Assembly: GCA_051294375.1 (NCBI GenBank)
Contig: JBJCIZ010000239.1
Coordinates: 2,927,476-2,991,475 of the forward strand
DNA length: 64,000 nt
Direction: 5' to 3'
Origin: Paraspadella gotoi
Lineage: Eukaryota; Animalia; Chaetognatha
Shown here: positions 21,761 through 35,028 of the stretch, piece by piece
Layout: every line of letters starts with the position of its first letter
Numbering within the stretch: the stretch's first letter is position 1
Program-made: the position numbers and the translations under genes
The notes under the pieces: generated by a model
Databases searched by the model: none
What the model was told of the DNA's origin: nothing
What the model saw: only the letters and a program-made list of their open reading frames with translations

Positions 21761-22137
21761 CGTGGGAGATCTTTTGGTCTCTAATTAAGAACAAAAGTTT
21801 TGACCTCAGCTTGGCTGAATGTCATCGACACAATTTTTTTTAACTCGAATTACGAAGCGACGGCTTATAACTGTAAAATGTCAATATGGTATAAATAGTA
21901 ACAGCTTTTAAATGACCAGACGGGATTGACGCGATTTATTCGCGGATAGTCGATGGCGCCGGAAAATTATGACCCCATCTTCGAGGATCTTTTTCTTGTC
22001 GGTGAACAACAGTAAAATGGACTAAAGCAATGAGAGCGAGCGAAAAAGCAGACTTGAAACAGACAAAAAAAAAAAACAATAAGAGGAGTTTCAGGTGGTC
22101 TTCTCCGTCTTTACGGACTCGACGAAGGCTGGACGAA

Positions 22138-23941
22138 TCAATCCCGCCTCGAATTCGAGGGGCTCCGAAAACCTCCCTCTTGGAACAAGGGAGTCTTCAT
22201 CCTGTTAGGTAAATTGGAGTTCGGTGTGACGTCTTCCGACTCTTTGTACGGATTCTCCGCATGGGGGGAATTCCAATCGGGAATGAAGCGGTGAGTGTTG
22301 AAAGAGTCGCGATGAATCGATCGAGACGCGAGAGTGTCGAGCGCTCCGAAGATGGCGCCGCCGAGCCAAGACACGTAGTTGGGTTTGGCGGGAGGATCGT
22401 GGACCTAAAATCAAAAATATCAAATTAAATCATTTTAAAATCAGCTTGGAAAGGTTGCCAAGTCCCGATTCCACAAAAACAAACCTTAAAGACTTTCTTA
22501 GGTATCGTTTGAAGGTATTTCGGGTGGGTATTGGCGATATGGTTTAACTCTGCCAAAAGCCGATGCCGAAATCCGACAAGGGACGCCGTCCCGCCGATTA
22601 TTAAAATATTCTCAGAAAGTGCCACGCGCATGTCTCTGTTGGCCTGGGAACCAAGATAACCAAAATGGTATATAATGTGATAAAGTTTTTCATAAAATTT
22701 TTGAGCTCCCGAATTTACGATTAAAAGCACCTTGGCAATGACGTCCAAAATTAACGTCGCCACGGATTTTTCTTCGTTGTCCAACTCCCACAAGACTTCC
22801 GCGCTGCCTTCGCGAATGTATCCTTGTATATTCAGTATGTTCTGGCCGTCTTCTAACGAATATTCCACTGAAGAAAAGAAAGAGATACGACAACCACGTA
22901 ATTATCCACTTCTGGATAAAAAATCGCTGAATAATTCTCGAACCATCGGGAGGCGGGACAACAGTGAGCGCCTGATCCTCTTGACTCTCCGGCAAGGCGG
23001 AGCTCTGTTGAAGCTTTTGTCCCCGACTGAATTCGGTGACGAAACACGTGCGGACTTTAATGTCCTCGACGACGCGCTCGGGGATGCTCGACATTAATTC
23101 CGAAAGGGGTTTCGTAATCTCCGGGTTGTGTGCGTTGGCGTTGAGTACGGCGCCGCCCAAAAGCTGCAAAAAATGTTAAATTAATTTTCCAAAGTTAAGA
23201 TTATTATGTATTACGTGTTAGTATTTAAAAGGGTGGAGTAAACCTGTCGTTCGATTTGCGAGTGAATTGCCTTCCCTGCCAAGGGAACGGCATCCAAAAG
23301 ATTCAAAACTGGAATTCCCTCAAAAACCGGAATGACAATTGTTTCTTTATAACCTGATGAGTTTAATGATAAATGTTCACCAAATGATTATAAGCGAAAT
23401 AACAATCTTAACATACCGACATCTACTACGAGAGCAGTATTAATTCCTAAGGTAAAAGTTGCCACAAGATGAGAAGGAACGAAACATATCGAAGGCACAT
23501 CGAAATGGTTGAACAAAACTTCGGCGAGTGCCTGTTTAAAGTCTGAGGGCGTCAAAAATGACTCCACGATCACAATACGACGACCTAAAAAGTCAAATAT
23601 TGAACTCATTGCCGTCCTTAAGCTCAAGATAACAAATTTCCTTTTTTTTAATCAAAATTCTAAAAAACCTACTCACTTTTCGGGTTGACGAGTAAATATT
23701 TGAAGTAGACGATTCTCAAAAATTCTTTCAACTTTCTCTCGAGCTCGTGAACGTCGTCACAAGGAAAGAGCGACTGGGCCAAACGCTGACTACCGAGTTT
23801 GTCCGGAATTTCCGAAGGCAGAATGAACCTCGGAGAAAATTCTCCGGCGAAACCGAGTTTGGTGAAGGCGTTGCCGAGGTCGAGAACGACGGCGGGTTTT
23901 TCCTCCTGCGCCGGGGCCGTGAGAGCCTCGTAGAGTGGCAT
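22138..23941 (-). CDS. ACTR10: Actin-related protein 10 (dynactin Arp11), 7 exons
   Basis: MPLYE...[57 protein letters not shown]...[18 protein letters not shown]; all junctions in phase. Confidence 0.93.
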
Positions 23942-24111
23942 CGCCAGAGTTCAATCAGAGCCGATTAATTAGTTAACTGAACTCTGTATGGATCAAACAA
24001 AAGAAAATTGTGTTTAAAATAAACGAACTTATCTTAAAATTGATTTCGCGGAAGAAAAATATTAAATTCTACATACAATCAAGGCCAAAAGGGGCAAAAA
24101 ACTGGAATAAA

Positions 24112-27100
24112 TTACTGAACTCGATTTAGTTGATTGGATCTTTTTTTCAAAATCTTTTTGGCTTTTATGCCATCGCCCGATTCTAGAAAAGCTCTTAATT
24201 TAATTATGGTTTCTTTCTCATCATTCAATTCTTTTAGTTTTGCTATTTCCGCATTATATCCTGTAATTGAATTATATAAAGTTTCCTCTTCTCTGGAAAT
24301 AAGTTCTAAAACTTTCGGTATCTCAACGCCTAAAATCTCCAAATCGATTTTAGAGCTGGTTGAATTTCGGGAAACTGACCTTTTATAGCTTTTTACGCTC
24401 GAAACAAGCTTGGGAAACCGTTGTGTTTCAGCAGCGGAATTCCTTGGAATATGCGAGTCTAAACTGTCATGACCTATATCTGTTTGTGACGGAAAAATAT
24501 CTAAAGATATTGCTGAGCTGTTTAAGAGAGGTCTCGGTTCTAATTCTCCTAAATTACTGTCTAATACTTCATTATTTAAATCAATTGCTGTAACGCTTAA
24601 TTCTGGCGTTGGTTCTTTATGCAGAGTATCACTCTCAACTGCACTTTGAGTATTATTTTCCTCTTCAGGACTTTCCGCGTAATTAGTTTTCTTTCCGCGT
24701 AGTCTATCGCTTCTTCTGTTTCTTAGACTTTTATTTAAAACCTTGTCCGGCTCGCTTTCAGTTTGATGTTCGTCTCGCAATAATGCCTCGGTTTCATTTG
24801 GATTTGAAAAATCAGTATAGGTTTCTTTTGGGTCCTCTTGCAACAAACTGGAGACTTCTTTTGAATTGGGTTTCTTTATACTTATTTCTTTCGACTTTTT
24901 AAATTGCCTTTTTACTGACTTCGGTAAATTATTATCCATCTGAAAATCATCAAAAACTGATTTATCAGTATTTACTGGTTTGGTTTGCAACGCATGTTTT
25001 TCTGTTTTAGAAATATCAACTGCTTTTATTTCCTTTTGCTGATGTTTTTTCATACTTTCAACTCTGCGCTTAGCGTTATTTTCATTTATCTTGGTTGACG
25101 ATGCGTAAAAACCATCACATTGTCCGTTATTAGTCAAATTGTATGTTTTGTCACACTGAAAATTTCTCTCATTGGGCACTTTGAAAGATGTATACGTACT
25201 GTTCGACTTATTTTCATTAACAAAAAGAGTTTCTGGTAAAATTGGTGGAAGATTGTTAATAGACTGAGAAGATTGGCTGCACTGGGACATGAAATCAATC
25301 TCTGCTGTGTATAATTTTCTTTTTTCTTTTTCCGGTTCTTTTTCTGTTAAAAGATTTTGATTAATGACCAATAATTTTTGGTCATTATCACTGACATTGG
25401 TCATATTTATCTTTTTCTTTTTATTCCTTAAACTACCTTGCTTTTTTCCTACTGGATCCATTTCAATTTCAATAATTGATTGGTTTTCTATTCCATTCAA
25501 AGAACTCCTATTAATATCTACGTTCACGATAGGATCCTTTTCCTGACTAACTAACGTCTCATTCTCTAATAAATTTCGTGTATTAATTTCCAACGCGTCT
25601 CCGGACAGAATTAACTCATCAGAAACATTAGGTGTGATTTTAGTGTTCTGGTGCATAGTATCATCATGTTGCTCGGGATTCTCACGACATTGTTCTTTAA
25701 GCAAACCATCCTCGGGATTGTTATCAGGATCGAAAATATTTTCGTTGGAAATTGAGACTTCGTTTTGAACTGAACATTCTGATGGTGTGCCAATGGTATG
25801 TTCTGAATTATCACCATTTTCATCCGCATTATTGGGATTCTTTAAGTTCTCACAATCGGTTATTTGCAGAGTTTTTTTCACCGATACATCCTTCGGCGAC
25901 TTCAACTTCAGACATAGATTCAATTCGTGGGTTGTCAGCTGATTCCACGACTGCGTCTCGTGAAATTTCCATGTTTTTCTACTTCGCAATGCCTAGGATA
26001 ATTTTCATCGTGGTTTTCATCATTTACCACCGGAACTTTTTTTGAAACGTTTGTCTTATCCATACTTTCTTTAATTTTCATCATACGATTTGTAATTTTC
26101 TCCCTTTTTCTTCGCGACTCACAGGTTCAGGTCTCGTGATTTGGGGACTGGCTCGAATCTCAGTAGAATCATCAGAATGGTCCTCCGCATTCTTTTTTGC
26201 TTTGAGATTCGCGAACGGAATCCTCATTAAGAATCCAAGGTCTCGAGTCATAACGGTTCGTTTTCTCTTTAATCTCTTGCACAGTACAGCATGCGTTTTT
26301 CACATCCAGAATTTTGATCCGTAACAATATTTTTTCTTCTATTATTGGTCAAAAACAACGGGTTGGAAGTTCGAGAGATCTTCTCCAACTTTGGTGCAGT
26401 CGAGGATCTCCTGCGATCGAGCTCTTTTCTTTTTCTGAATGAATCGCGAAGCTCGTTCGAACGAGGAACCATCGATTTCCCGGTCAGATTTAGGGCGAGG
26501 GAGTTCTGGAGGGTGAAGGTTTAACATTTGTATCCGAGTTTTGGTTTCACAATCATGACCAAATGTCGGGTTCAATGGAAGGAATAAATAATAATAGAGA
26601 TTGGTACTTAATTAAGCTTTTTTCCCTTAATTTGGTATCAATTCCCCTATCAGGCTATTTACCTTTTTACAAAAGTATTCCTAAAATTTTCGAAAAAAAA
26701 ATTGCAAGTAACACTCAAAACTCAACTTATTCATCTTTTTTTTTCAGCCTTGATTGGGAAACCATCCAGAAAACCTGATAGAAGTGAGCGAGCCTATTTT
26801 CTCTGGCTTAGGAGAGGTCGAAAACTCCTCCTCCTCCGACGACGTTTGAATGGGTTTGCAATCGTTCCGTTTCCGGCTCCAGTTGGACACGTGAGACGTT
26901 TGGAATCGCGTCAACGCGGTTTCAGGTGATTGAAGGGAGCGGCATGCAACGGTGGTCCAGGCACGGCGAGGTGGGGCATCCAACACTTGGGACGCCACAT
27001 GAGATAAGTCAATGGAGAATCCTAAGGATACTCGGTCGGAACGGAATTCTTCAAGCGCCATCTCTCTTTTCAAATTTATCTCCAAAACGAAATGGTCAGA

Positions 27101-28692
27101 GGACGACTCGCTCGACAACATCCTCCAATCGGCGACATCCTCGTTTCTCACGCAAAACGTTTCCCATTCATCTCTCCCGGGAATCTGGTGATAAATCGAC
27201 ATAGACGCCGAGCCAAGATTGAAATCGACCCAAAAGGGCAAGGGAGCGTCAGAGTCGCTCGTCGGCGGGGTCAGAGCGCATTGTGACAACCGGCAATATT
27301 CGCAGGCGTAAGAGTAAACGCTGCGGGGATTCGAGGCGTCGTTTAAGGCGATGAGGAAGGCGCGAGCATCTTGTTCAAACTTGCCGTAATCGATGGCGAG
27401 GAAAGCGGAGCGAGTCTCGGCGGGCCAAAGACGCTCGGCCGCTCGCTCTTTCGTCCAATCGGAACTCGGGAGGATGCGACAGAGGAGCTCCACTAGGGAA
27501 ACTTGGAAGCAGAAATCACCGCAGTCGACGACGGCGGAGCCGAGGGAAGAGAAGANNNNNNNNNNNNNNNNNNNNNNNNNNNNNNNNNNNNNNNNNNNNN
27601 NNNNNNNNNNNNNNNNNNNNNNNNNNNNNNNNNNNNNNNNNNNNNNNNNNNNNNNNNNNNNNNNNNNNNNNNNNNNNNNNNNNNNNNNNNNNNNNNNNNN
27701 NNNNNNNNNNNNNNNNNNNNNNNNNNNNNNNNNNNNNNNNNNNNNNNNNNNNACGTGGGAGATCTATTACTTTACAAGTTAATTGATTTAGCTTCATAGA
27801 AAACATAGTAAATCTTTCTACTGAGAGATGTGGGTTTAAATTTACCTTCGAGGAGTGATACATAAAATTACGGGGCACTTAATCATTCTTTTGCTTGGGG
27901 CTATGGTCGACATAAATAATATGTGTCGGGAGTGAGCTCGCATCTAGCATCTGGAGATTATTTTGAATGGGCTGTGCTATCTTCGTATACCAGAATATTG
28001 ATCTGAACTCGTTCAATAAATGACTGACGTCAGACATTTTTCGGTAATTCGCAAGTGACCTTAAAGCGGATTTGACGAATCGAACTTGATGGAGATATTA
28101 CGATCACTGAAAATTGAACAGGTTATTTGTTAAACACAACGGCGAATACCGTGCGCACCACCAAGGATTTAAAAGGCCCCATCGTTAAGACGAGACGTCC
28201 GCTCGAAAATCGCTAAAGCCTTATCCACCGCCGCCCGTTCAAAAAAGAAGACGATTTGGCGATGCTTTTCAAGTCGGTCAATCGGGTAAGACTTTGAGGA
28301 CGCAATTTATCTCAACCGTTTGTCCAGGACTAAAACGATTATTCCAGGAAAAAAATAAAATAGGAAAAATGATTAATAAAAGCCAACTTTTTTTCTTATG
28401 TACCTAAAGCTCTCGATCAGAGACGGCGCCGCCTCCGAGAAACTGGAATTAAAGAGAGCAGCAGGTCTAATTGAACCAGGAAGGTCGTTCTGGAACACGG
28501 GTTGTTCCTCTCGCGTCTAAGGGAATCTGACCCAATCTTCCACCGCATCCTCCAGCCGGTCCAAAAGCAATTTCGCATACTTGGCTCGTCGAGAAGCGAC
28601 CTTCGTTTCACGATCGGGTTCTTTAGGGAGTTTTGCTCAGGTAACTGAAAGAGCTTCCGACGGTTGCTCGAAAGAAGACGAGTTAAATCCAT
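24112..28692 (-). CDS. SYCP2: SYCP2-like meiotic chromosome axis protein; interrupted by a gap and apparent indels
   Basis: CGDFCFQVSLVELLCR...FEQDARAFLIALN...SVYSYAC...FWVDFNLGSASMSIY...WETF resembles the SYCP2 ARM-like/PH-like junction (GDYDLQV..VEALCR...FETDCR.FLN..N...FWIDFNLGS....Y...WE). It is followed by a long low-complexity linker and a C-terminal coiled-coil-like segment. Confidence 0.75.
27556..27752. other. Assembly gap (N run)
   Basis: 197 N bases inside the SYCP2-like gene. Confidence 1.
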
Positions 28693-28693
28693 C

Positions 28694-28720
28694 CTTTACG
28701 AAAAAACGAAAAGAAAAAAG
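28694..28720 (-). promoter_or_regulatory. Splice acceptor 1 nt upstream of the SYCP2-like ATG (candidate trans-splice site)
   Basis: Minus strand reads cttttttcttttcgttttttcgtaaAG|G-ATG. Confidence 0.6.
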
Positions 28721-29023
28721 TAAACGAAATAATGAGAGTTTTTATATAATACATTGTACAGTTCCGTATTCAAATATGGTTCATTTATTGCCCCATCCTT
28801 CCTATTGAGCGCGGAATTTAAAACGGAATGGAAAATAAAAGAAAATGACCGGAAGGAAGAGATCTTTGTGGTGGCCTTTCGCAATGAGGAAAGATCGGAG
28901 ACTTTACGAGACAGTTTCAAAATATTTTTTTTTCTCCTATTCAAAATGTCACATGAATACAACAAATCAAAAATAGTAACAATAAATGAATTAAGATTAC
29001 CCCCCCCCAACCGAAAAAAAAAA

Positions 29024-31062
29024 TTAGATCCATTGAACGTTTCCGACAAACTCGCAAACGTCGTCGTAGGAAAGTTGGAAAATGCTTTCGTCTTCGTCAT
29101 CGTTCAAGAGTCTCACCACGGCCGTGCACCTTTTTTTGTCCCTCTTCACCATTTCGGCCAAACGTCCCCTTTTTTGCCCGCGAATAACTCGAACGAAGGC
29201 GCCGTCTTTTTTCGGTACAACGCTCTCCAGATCGGAGCGTCGAACGTCCTCCAGGACTCGGTCGTCGTCCGTCCGGCAGACGCAGGTGGTGGGCGTGGTC
29301 ACGTCCTCGATAGTCACCTTGCTGCAATAGTATTTTCCTCCCTTGAGAGAGCGACTCACGACGCGAACTCGCAGCTGCGGCCAGAGGCTCGCGAGGCCGA
29401 GTTCGGAGTCGGCTTCCGTCGATCCGTTGGTTCGAGACTCTCCGTGGTCGCCGTTCGTCCCGTAATCCTTGTTTTTCTTTTCCGCGGTTTCGTGTCCATC
29501 GTCGTCGTCGCTACGACGCTTTCGAGTTTCTTCGGATCCGTTTCTCCTCTCCGAATCCTCCTTCGAGGCCTTGAAGGCGTCGAAGGATCCTTTGTTGAGG
29601 TATTTGGAGAATTTTTCGAATTCCGACTTGACGACGAGTTTGGCGACGGCCTGCGGCACCGTCACGATTTGACCGGAAATGGCGAGTTTGACGACGACGC
29701 GGGAATTGTCTTCGTCGACGCCTTCGATTTTCCCGTAGAGATCTTTGTGCCTTCCGCCGAGGCAGACGACGTGAGCTCCGGTTTTGAAGGACAGGTCGTC
29801 TTCTTCCGAACGAACGTCGCCTGGATTCAGATTTGAAAATTCAGCATTTTTTTATCCAAAATTTTAATTACGATGTAACCATTTTTTTAAAAATGTCTAC
29901 AGAAATTTCTAAACTGAGGAAAACCCAGTTGAAAGCGAATCGCGCATCTCACTATTGTAATAAATCTCAGGTAAACTAGAAAGGCAGCGCGAGCACTATC
30001 ACTGAAGATACAAGTAACAAATAATATATAATTCATAACCTGAGTCCCAATCCTACAAAAGCGAATCGCGCATCTCACTTCGCTCACCCGGTTTCAGCTT
30101 TTTAGTCTTCTCTTTCCGGACGACGGATCTATCGGCGCCGAGACCCAATCCCTTGGGCCGGGGCGCCGCTTCCAGCACGTCCGCGACTCCCTTCCTCGTC
30201 TTCCCGATCCCGTCACCCTTCTTCCATCCCATTCCGCGCAGCATGGCCAGCCCGTACTGCTCGATGGGCACTTGCTCGTAGTCGTCGAGGGTCGACTCCA
30301 CCGGGCGCAGTTCCACGTTGAGAGGGCCTTCGTCTTCCTCGAACCCCTCGGGAACGCGGTTCTGCATGAGGAGCGGCACCTGGAGATTCTCGATCCCGCG
30401 ACGTTCCGTCCGATCCTCCCATTCCTCGTTCTCGATTCTAATACGATGGGGAAAAAATGAAAACAATCGCAATGTCGATATATGTCAAAAATTTTAGAAA
30501 ATTTCCAAAAAAATCTATTCGTTAAATAAATATTCCGTCTTGCCCTGGACTTTGGACAGGCTTTGCTGTAAATCCTATTATTTTGAAAATATTCGATCAC
30601 AATAAAAGCGTTAATCAATATATAATTTACCATAGAATAAGGATTCCCTATCAGTTTTATCTTTAATTCCCCGGCTATAGTCTATAGTATAGTATAGTAT
30701 AGTATAGTATAGACTAACTTTGCCTGCTCGATGAGCTCCTTGACGGCCTCGTCCTCGATGTCGTTCCCGTTCGTTGCTTCCATCCGCTTCTCTTTCTCTC
30801 CCTTGGACGAATCATTTTCTCGTTTGACTTTGGGGATTTTGCTAAACGTCCAATCATTGACGGTCCTGCAAGGAATGACCAGCGGCCCTTTCTTTTCCGG
30901 CTCGGGCAGGGAGCCCTTGAGTTTTTTGTCGGAGACTTCGGTCACGTAGTCCGTGAGATTTGAGTTCTCGGAAATGACTTCGCCGATGGCAGATTTCTCC
31001 AAGGCCTTCGACTGCGAGAGCTTTTTGGAGAAACCGAATGAAATTTTGCTCGAGGATTCCAT
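29024..31062 (-). CDS. GPKOW: G-patch and KOW domain protein (GPKOW/Spp2-like), 3 exons
   Basis: ISFGFSK, PLVIP, DYEQVPIEQYGLAMLRGMGWKKGDGIG...RPKGLGLGAD (G-patch), KOW motifs GRHKDLYGKI and WPQLRVRVV...GKYY. Confidence 0.93.
29932..30079. repeat. 22-bp perfect direct repeat flanking 104 nt in GPKOW intron 2
   Basis: aaagcgaatcgcgcatctcact at 29932-29953 and 30058-30079. Confidence 0.9.
30682..30712. repeat. (TATAG)n microsatellite in GPKOW intron 1
   Basis: About 6 tandem pentamers read directly. Confidence 0.9.
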
Positions 31063-31067
31063 TTTAG

Positions 31068-31090
31068 CTAAAAAAAAAATTATAAAATAA
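31068..31090 (-). promoter_or_regulatory. Splice acceptor 5 nt upstream of the GPKOW ATG (candidate trans-splice site)
   Basis: Minus strand reads ttattttataatttttttttt-AG|CTAAA-ATG. Confidence 0.65.
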
Positions 31091-31408
31091 ATTAAAATAA
31101 AGATACGTATTTACGTATCACAATAAGAAACGCATTAACTTAGAGAAAAACTGAGATGCTTTTAAAGCGCCGATAGCCAACTTGATACATTTTCTCGGCA
31201 AAAAAAAAATTGTATCATTTGAGGAAAGGAATTAATTTTTGTGCTAAATTCCGTTTGATGATCGTACATCGCGTCTTGAAATCTTTGCCCCACTCGAGCA
31301 ATGACAACCAGCTTCAAAGCGATTCTTAACGTCTCCTTCAAAAGAAGGATCTAACCATCGTTGCTAATCCTAATCTAGAAATCCATGAGGGAACGATTGC
31401 AATACGAT

Positions 31409-32959
31409 TCAAGTCGAAGGCAAAAAGTTAGCGAAAGTCGAGGAGAAGGTCAATTGGTTCTGCATCGACGATGCCATTCTTTGGTCGTTCGAACTGCAGG
31501 CGGCAAGAAAACTCCTCGGACGAGTCTCTTCGACTACCGCCTCGCCGATGGGAATTCTCGGCGCGCGGCCGGCCTTGCAATTCTCCTTGTGATCGCACAA
31601 CGACTTTTGACGACGGAAGGTGGCGTCGCAGGCTTGGCACTTAAACGGTTTTTCATCCAAATGGACGGCTTTGCAATGTTCCAAAAGATTTCCCTTTCTG
31701 CCGAAATCCTTTCCGCAATCGGAGCAATGAAAAGGCTTCGAACCTAATGCGACAAGAGGCTCGGCATTATTTTTTTTTTTCAAATAAGGTGATGATCGTG
31801 TGATAATCGTGTTACCCGTGTGAATCATTTCGTGAGATCTGAGATTGCTGCTGGTGTAAAAACTCTTTCCGCAGGTGGAACATTCGAAAGGCTTTTCTCC
31901 AGTATGAAATCTCATATGTTTCGTCACGTCGGATTTACTGGCAAACCTAAAGGAGTCGTGTATTGATTAGCAACTCTTGACATTACTTTAATAGTCAAAA
32001 CTTATTACCTCGCTCCACAAGTATCACAAGAATGCGGTTTGATTCTGAGATGAGTTTTCATATGATCTTCCAACTTCATTTTTAACTTAAAGCGTTTTCC
32101 GCAAGTATCACAGGAGTAAGGTCGTTCTGAACAATTAGAACGAATAAGTTAAAAATTTCATAAGGTTAGTGGTTACAATATCGAAATCAGCTTCGTCATC
32201 TACTGCTGTACCGTCGGAATGAACGGTCGCCGAATGTAGAAACAAGTTGTATTTTTGACGAAACGTTTTCCCGCAAACTTCGCAATGAAACGGTCGCTCG
32301 CCTAAAGGGAAAATAAGAAAACAATACTATATGTACATATTATGTATAATTGTAAATATTCATGCTCAGCATAGAAGATCCGTACAAAAAACAAAACAAC
32401 AGTTACCAGTGTGAATGGACAGATGTGTTTGCAACGATCTTTCACGCAGAAATTGTTTCCCACAAGTGAGACAAACGAAAGTTCTCTCTCCGATCGTCTC
32501 TTTATTTTTCGAGTCGGAATTTTTTTTTTTAGGTTTTTCCGTCCTTAACCTTTGTCTTGTCCTCGGTTTTCCTCTCCCCGTCCTCGATCCCACCGCTTCA
32601 CCGATCGCGTCGAAAGAATCGAGTTTTTCTTCGCCAACTCGTTTCGCCTCCGTCGGCTCCCACTCTCGCTCATCGAATCCGAAATCGCGGGTCAGGTCCG
32701 GTTTGACATCTTCCGCCTCGCGGCCGCCATCGTCGCCGACGCCGCATCCGCCGGAGAGAACCCCGTTTCCGTTGCAGTAGATCTTTTCGCGCCAAGTCCA
32801 TAAGGTGTCGCCGATGCGGCGAATTTGCGAGACGCAGGAGCCGCAAAAAGTCGACTCCGCCGCAGCGACGCGCAACATGTTTTTCGACCATAAAATCACG
32901 TTCTCCTCCGTGGCGGGAAGGAGATGTCGGGAGGATTTTTGGCACAATTCGCAAATCAT
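31409..32959 (-). CDS. C2H2 zinc-finger protein with an N-terminal C4 (ZAD-like) motif, 5 exons
   Basis: CELC...CGSC N-terminus; about 7 C2H2 fingers with [11 protein letters not shown] linkers. Confidence 0.88.
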
Positions 32960-33960
32960 TTTGACCTTAAAAAAACGGAAGGATCAAATCGTGAAAACCA
33001 TTTGATGCAGTCGAAAAAAATGTGGTCTAAAAGAAAAATGAAACATAAAAATTAACACCGAGGAAAATAAAAAAAAATGTTGACAAGATATACTTTGACT
33101 GGAACAATTGATTTAAAAGGATCTATAACTAAGTAAAAATGATTGCCACTTATTTGTATGTACTTCATCGTTCAATATTCTTAAATTATTTATAAAAATT
33201 AAAATAAAATTTAACGAAAATTTTTATTTTCCGGGGTAAAATTCTTATTGCTAAAAAAAAATAAAAACTTAACGGCATTTTAAAATACTAACGAGCAGTA
33301 AGAAAAACAGATAGCCGTGGATCGACTCTTTGATACGTTGTCAAATTGATTGAGGGATTGTGCAATTAAAACAAGTGTAACTCGGTAGGATAAGGATTTA
33401 AAGAAAACAATCCTGAGCATTGAACTAATATAATTTCATAAAAAGGCAGAAATCACGTTAAAATCTAATTAATGTAGGTAGGTCAAGATAAATCTCCTTT
33501 AAAAAATCAACAAGAGAATAAAGGAACCAACTCTGGAATAATAAAATTCAAAAAATATGCGTCGTCCCCAATAGTCGTAAAGCAAAATCTCAAGGTTTTT
33601 CACAACCATCACATGTAAAATTAAAAAAAAAAACTACTTTCTAGTTCAGAAACTCTCAGACCCAATAACGGTCCTACAGACTTTATAATAATAATAATAA
33701 TAATATTACACTAATGTTTTTCGCATTTAAGAAATCAAAATATATGTTACGTTTTTTTATGAGAAAGACGTGGGTAAAATACTATCTACTTAAATCACAG
33801 TCGACAATCTAGTAAAAAAAACAATCATATGCGAGGGCCTCATACCAAAATTTCCTAAAAGCGAAGTTAATTCAGTAGGAGAGCCGAAAACAAAACACAA
33901 AATTAAACTTGTTAAAATCAACAGCGCGAGAAAAAGGTAAGAACGTTTCAGATCAACGGA

Positions 33961-35028
33961 CTAACGTTGGGCAGAAGACATAGAACCCCTCGGCCCGATG
34001 GCAATGATTGACGGATCAACGGCGGGCAAGTAGCTCGCGGGAGAAGGCTGAGGAGCGCTGCGAAGGTTCTTCCCGCCGGCCAATCGTCCGGCGCTACTTC
34101 GCATCTTCTTCAGATGTTTGACGGTGGCCACTGTGCGATCGTTGTTTGGGCAATATCTGGGTAAAGAAAAATTGTTGGCTTTATAAAATAATGCTCGTCT
34201 TCGGTTAAAATTATTTTTAGGCGTTTCCTTACCCCTGAGTGTGCGCGTCATCTCCGGTCGCTTTGCAGAGTGGACACACGAACTTCCTGAGCTGCGGGCA
34301 CTCCACAACGAGCGTGTCCGGATTACGCAGGCGGTGGCTAAGACATTCACGCTTTCGCTCTCCGTTGCTGAGGCAGAAGCCACAGCCGCGGCGTGAGGCG
34401 CAAAGAGAAGCGCGTGCGAGGGGCGGGCACGGAGCCGTCTGTGCGTGAAGGATTAGCGTTTTATTATTTAAGGGGGAGGCCGACAAAACTCTTGTAAAAT
34501 TTACGCCCCCCCATGACAAACTTTATGGTTATGTTATAAACACTTTTTAGTTAAAAAAAAATCTTTACCGAAGATTCTGAGTCGAGTTGTAACTGATCAA
34601 AACAATAGGACTTGGCGGCGCTTTCGGGAGATTTCTGTATGGCGCGAGGGGCTTTCAATATGAAGGAGCTTGGTTGAAGCTGGTATTTGCTCTTCACCAC
34701 GTCTGACAAAAACAATAATTAAGTCTCGTTCGCTGGATACCGTGAGAAAAGTTCGTCATTTGACCATCTCGTTTGACCGACCTTCGTTCTTCAATCCCAA
34801 CTGGCATTCCTTGAGGGAGAAAAGCGCCGTTTTGGAGGAGACGCCTCGGAAAGGCGGGGAGCCGAAGGGCGACGTGGTTGGGAAGGAGGAGTTTGAAGAA
34901 AGAGAAGAGGATGCGCAGAAGGGATCGCGCAGAGGTTCATGCGCGCAGACGTCGAGTTCCGAGCACGTGGAGAGCGTGCTGGGCGCCATCGAGTCCGCGC
35001 TGGCGCTACGCGACACGATAAAGGACAT
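33961..35028 (-). CDS. nanos: Nanos (CCHC zinc-finger RNA-binding protein), 4 exons
   Basis: CGFCLSNGE...SHRLRN....VECPQLRKFVCPLCKATGDDAHTQG|YCP; four exons join in phase. Confidence 0.93.

Noticed and set aside
28754-29836. 360-aa plus-strand ORF, and similar long antisense ORFs such as 37831-38649 and 48439-49056
   Set aside because: They are antisense shadows of GC-rich GPKOW, CUL5 and TRABID exons, with no recognisable motifs or splice structure.
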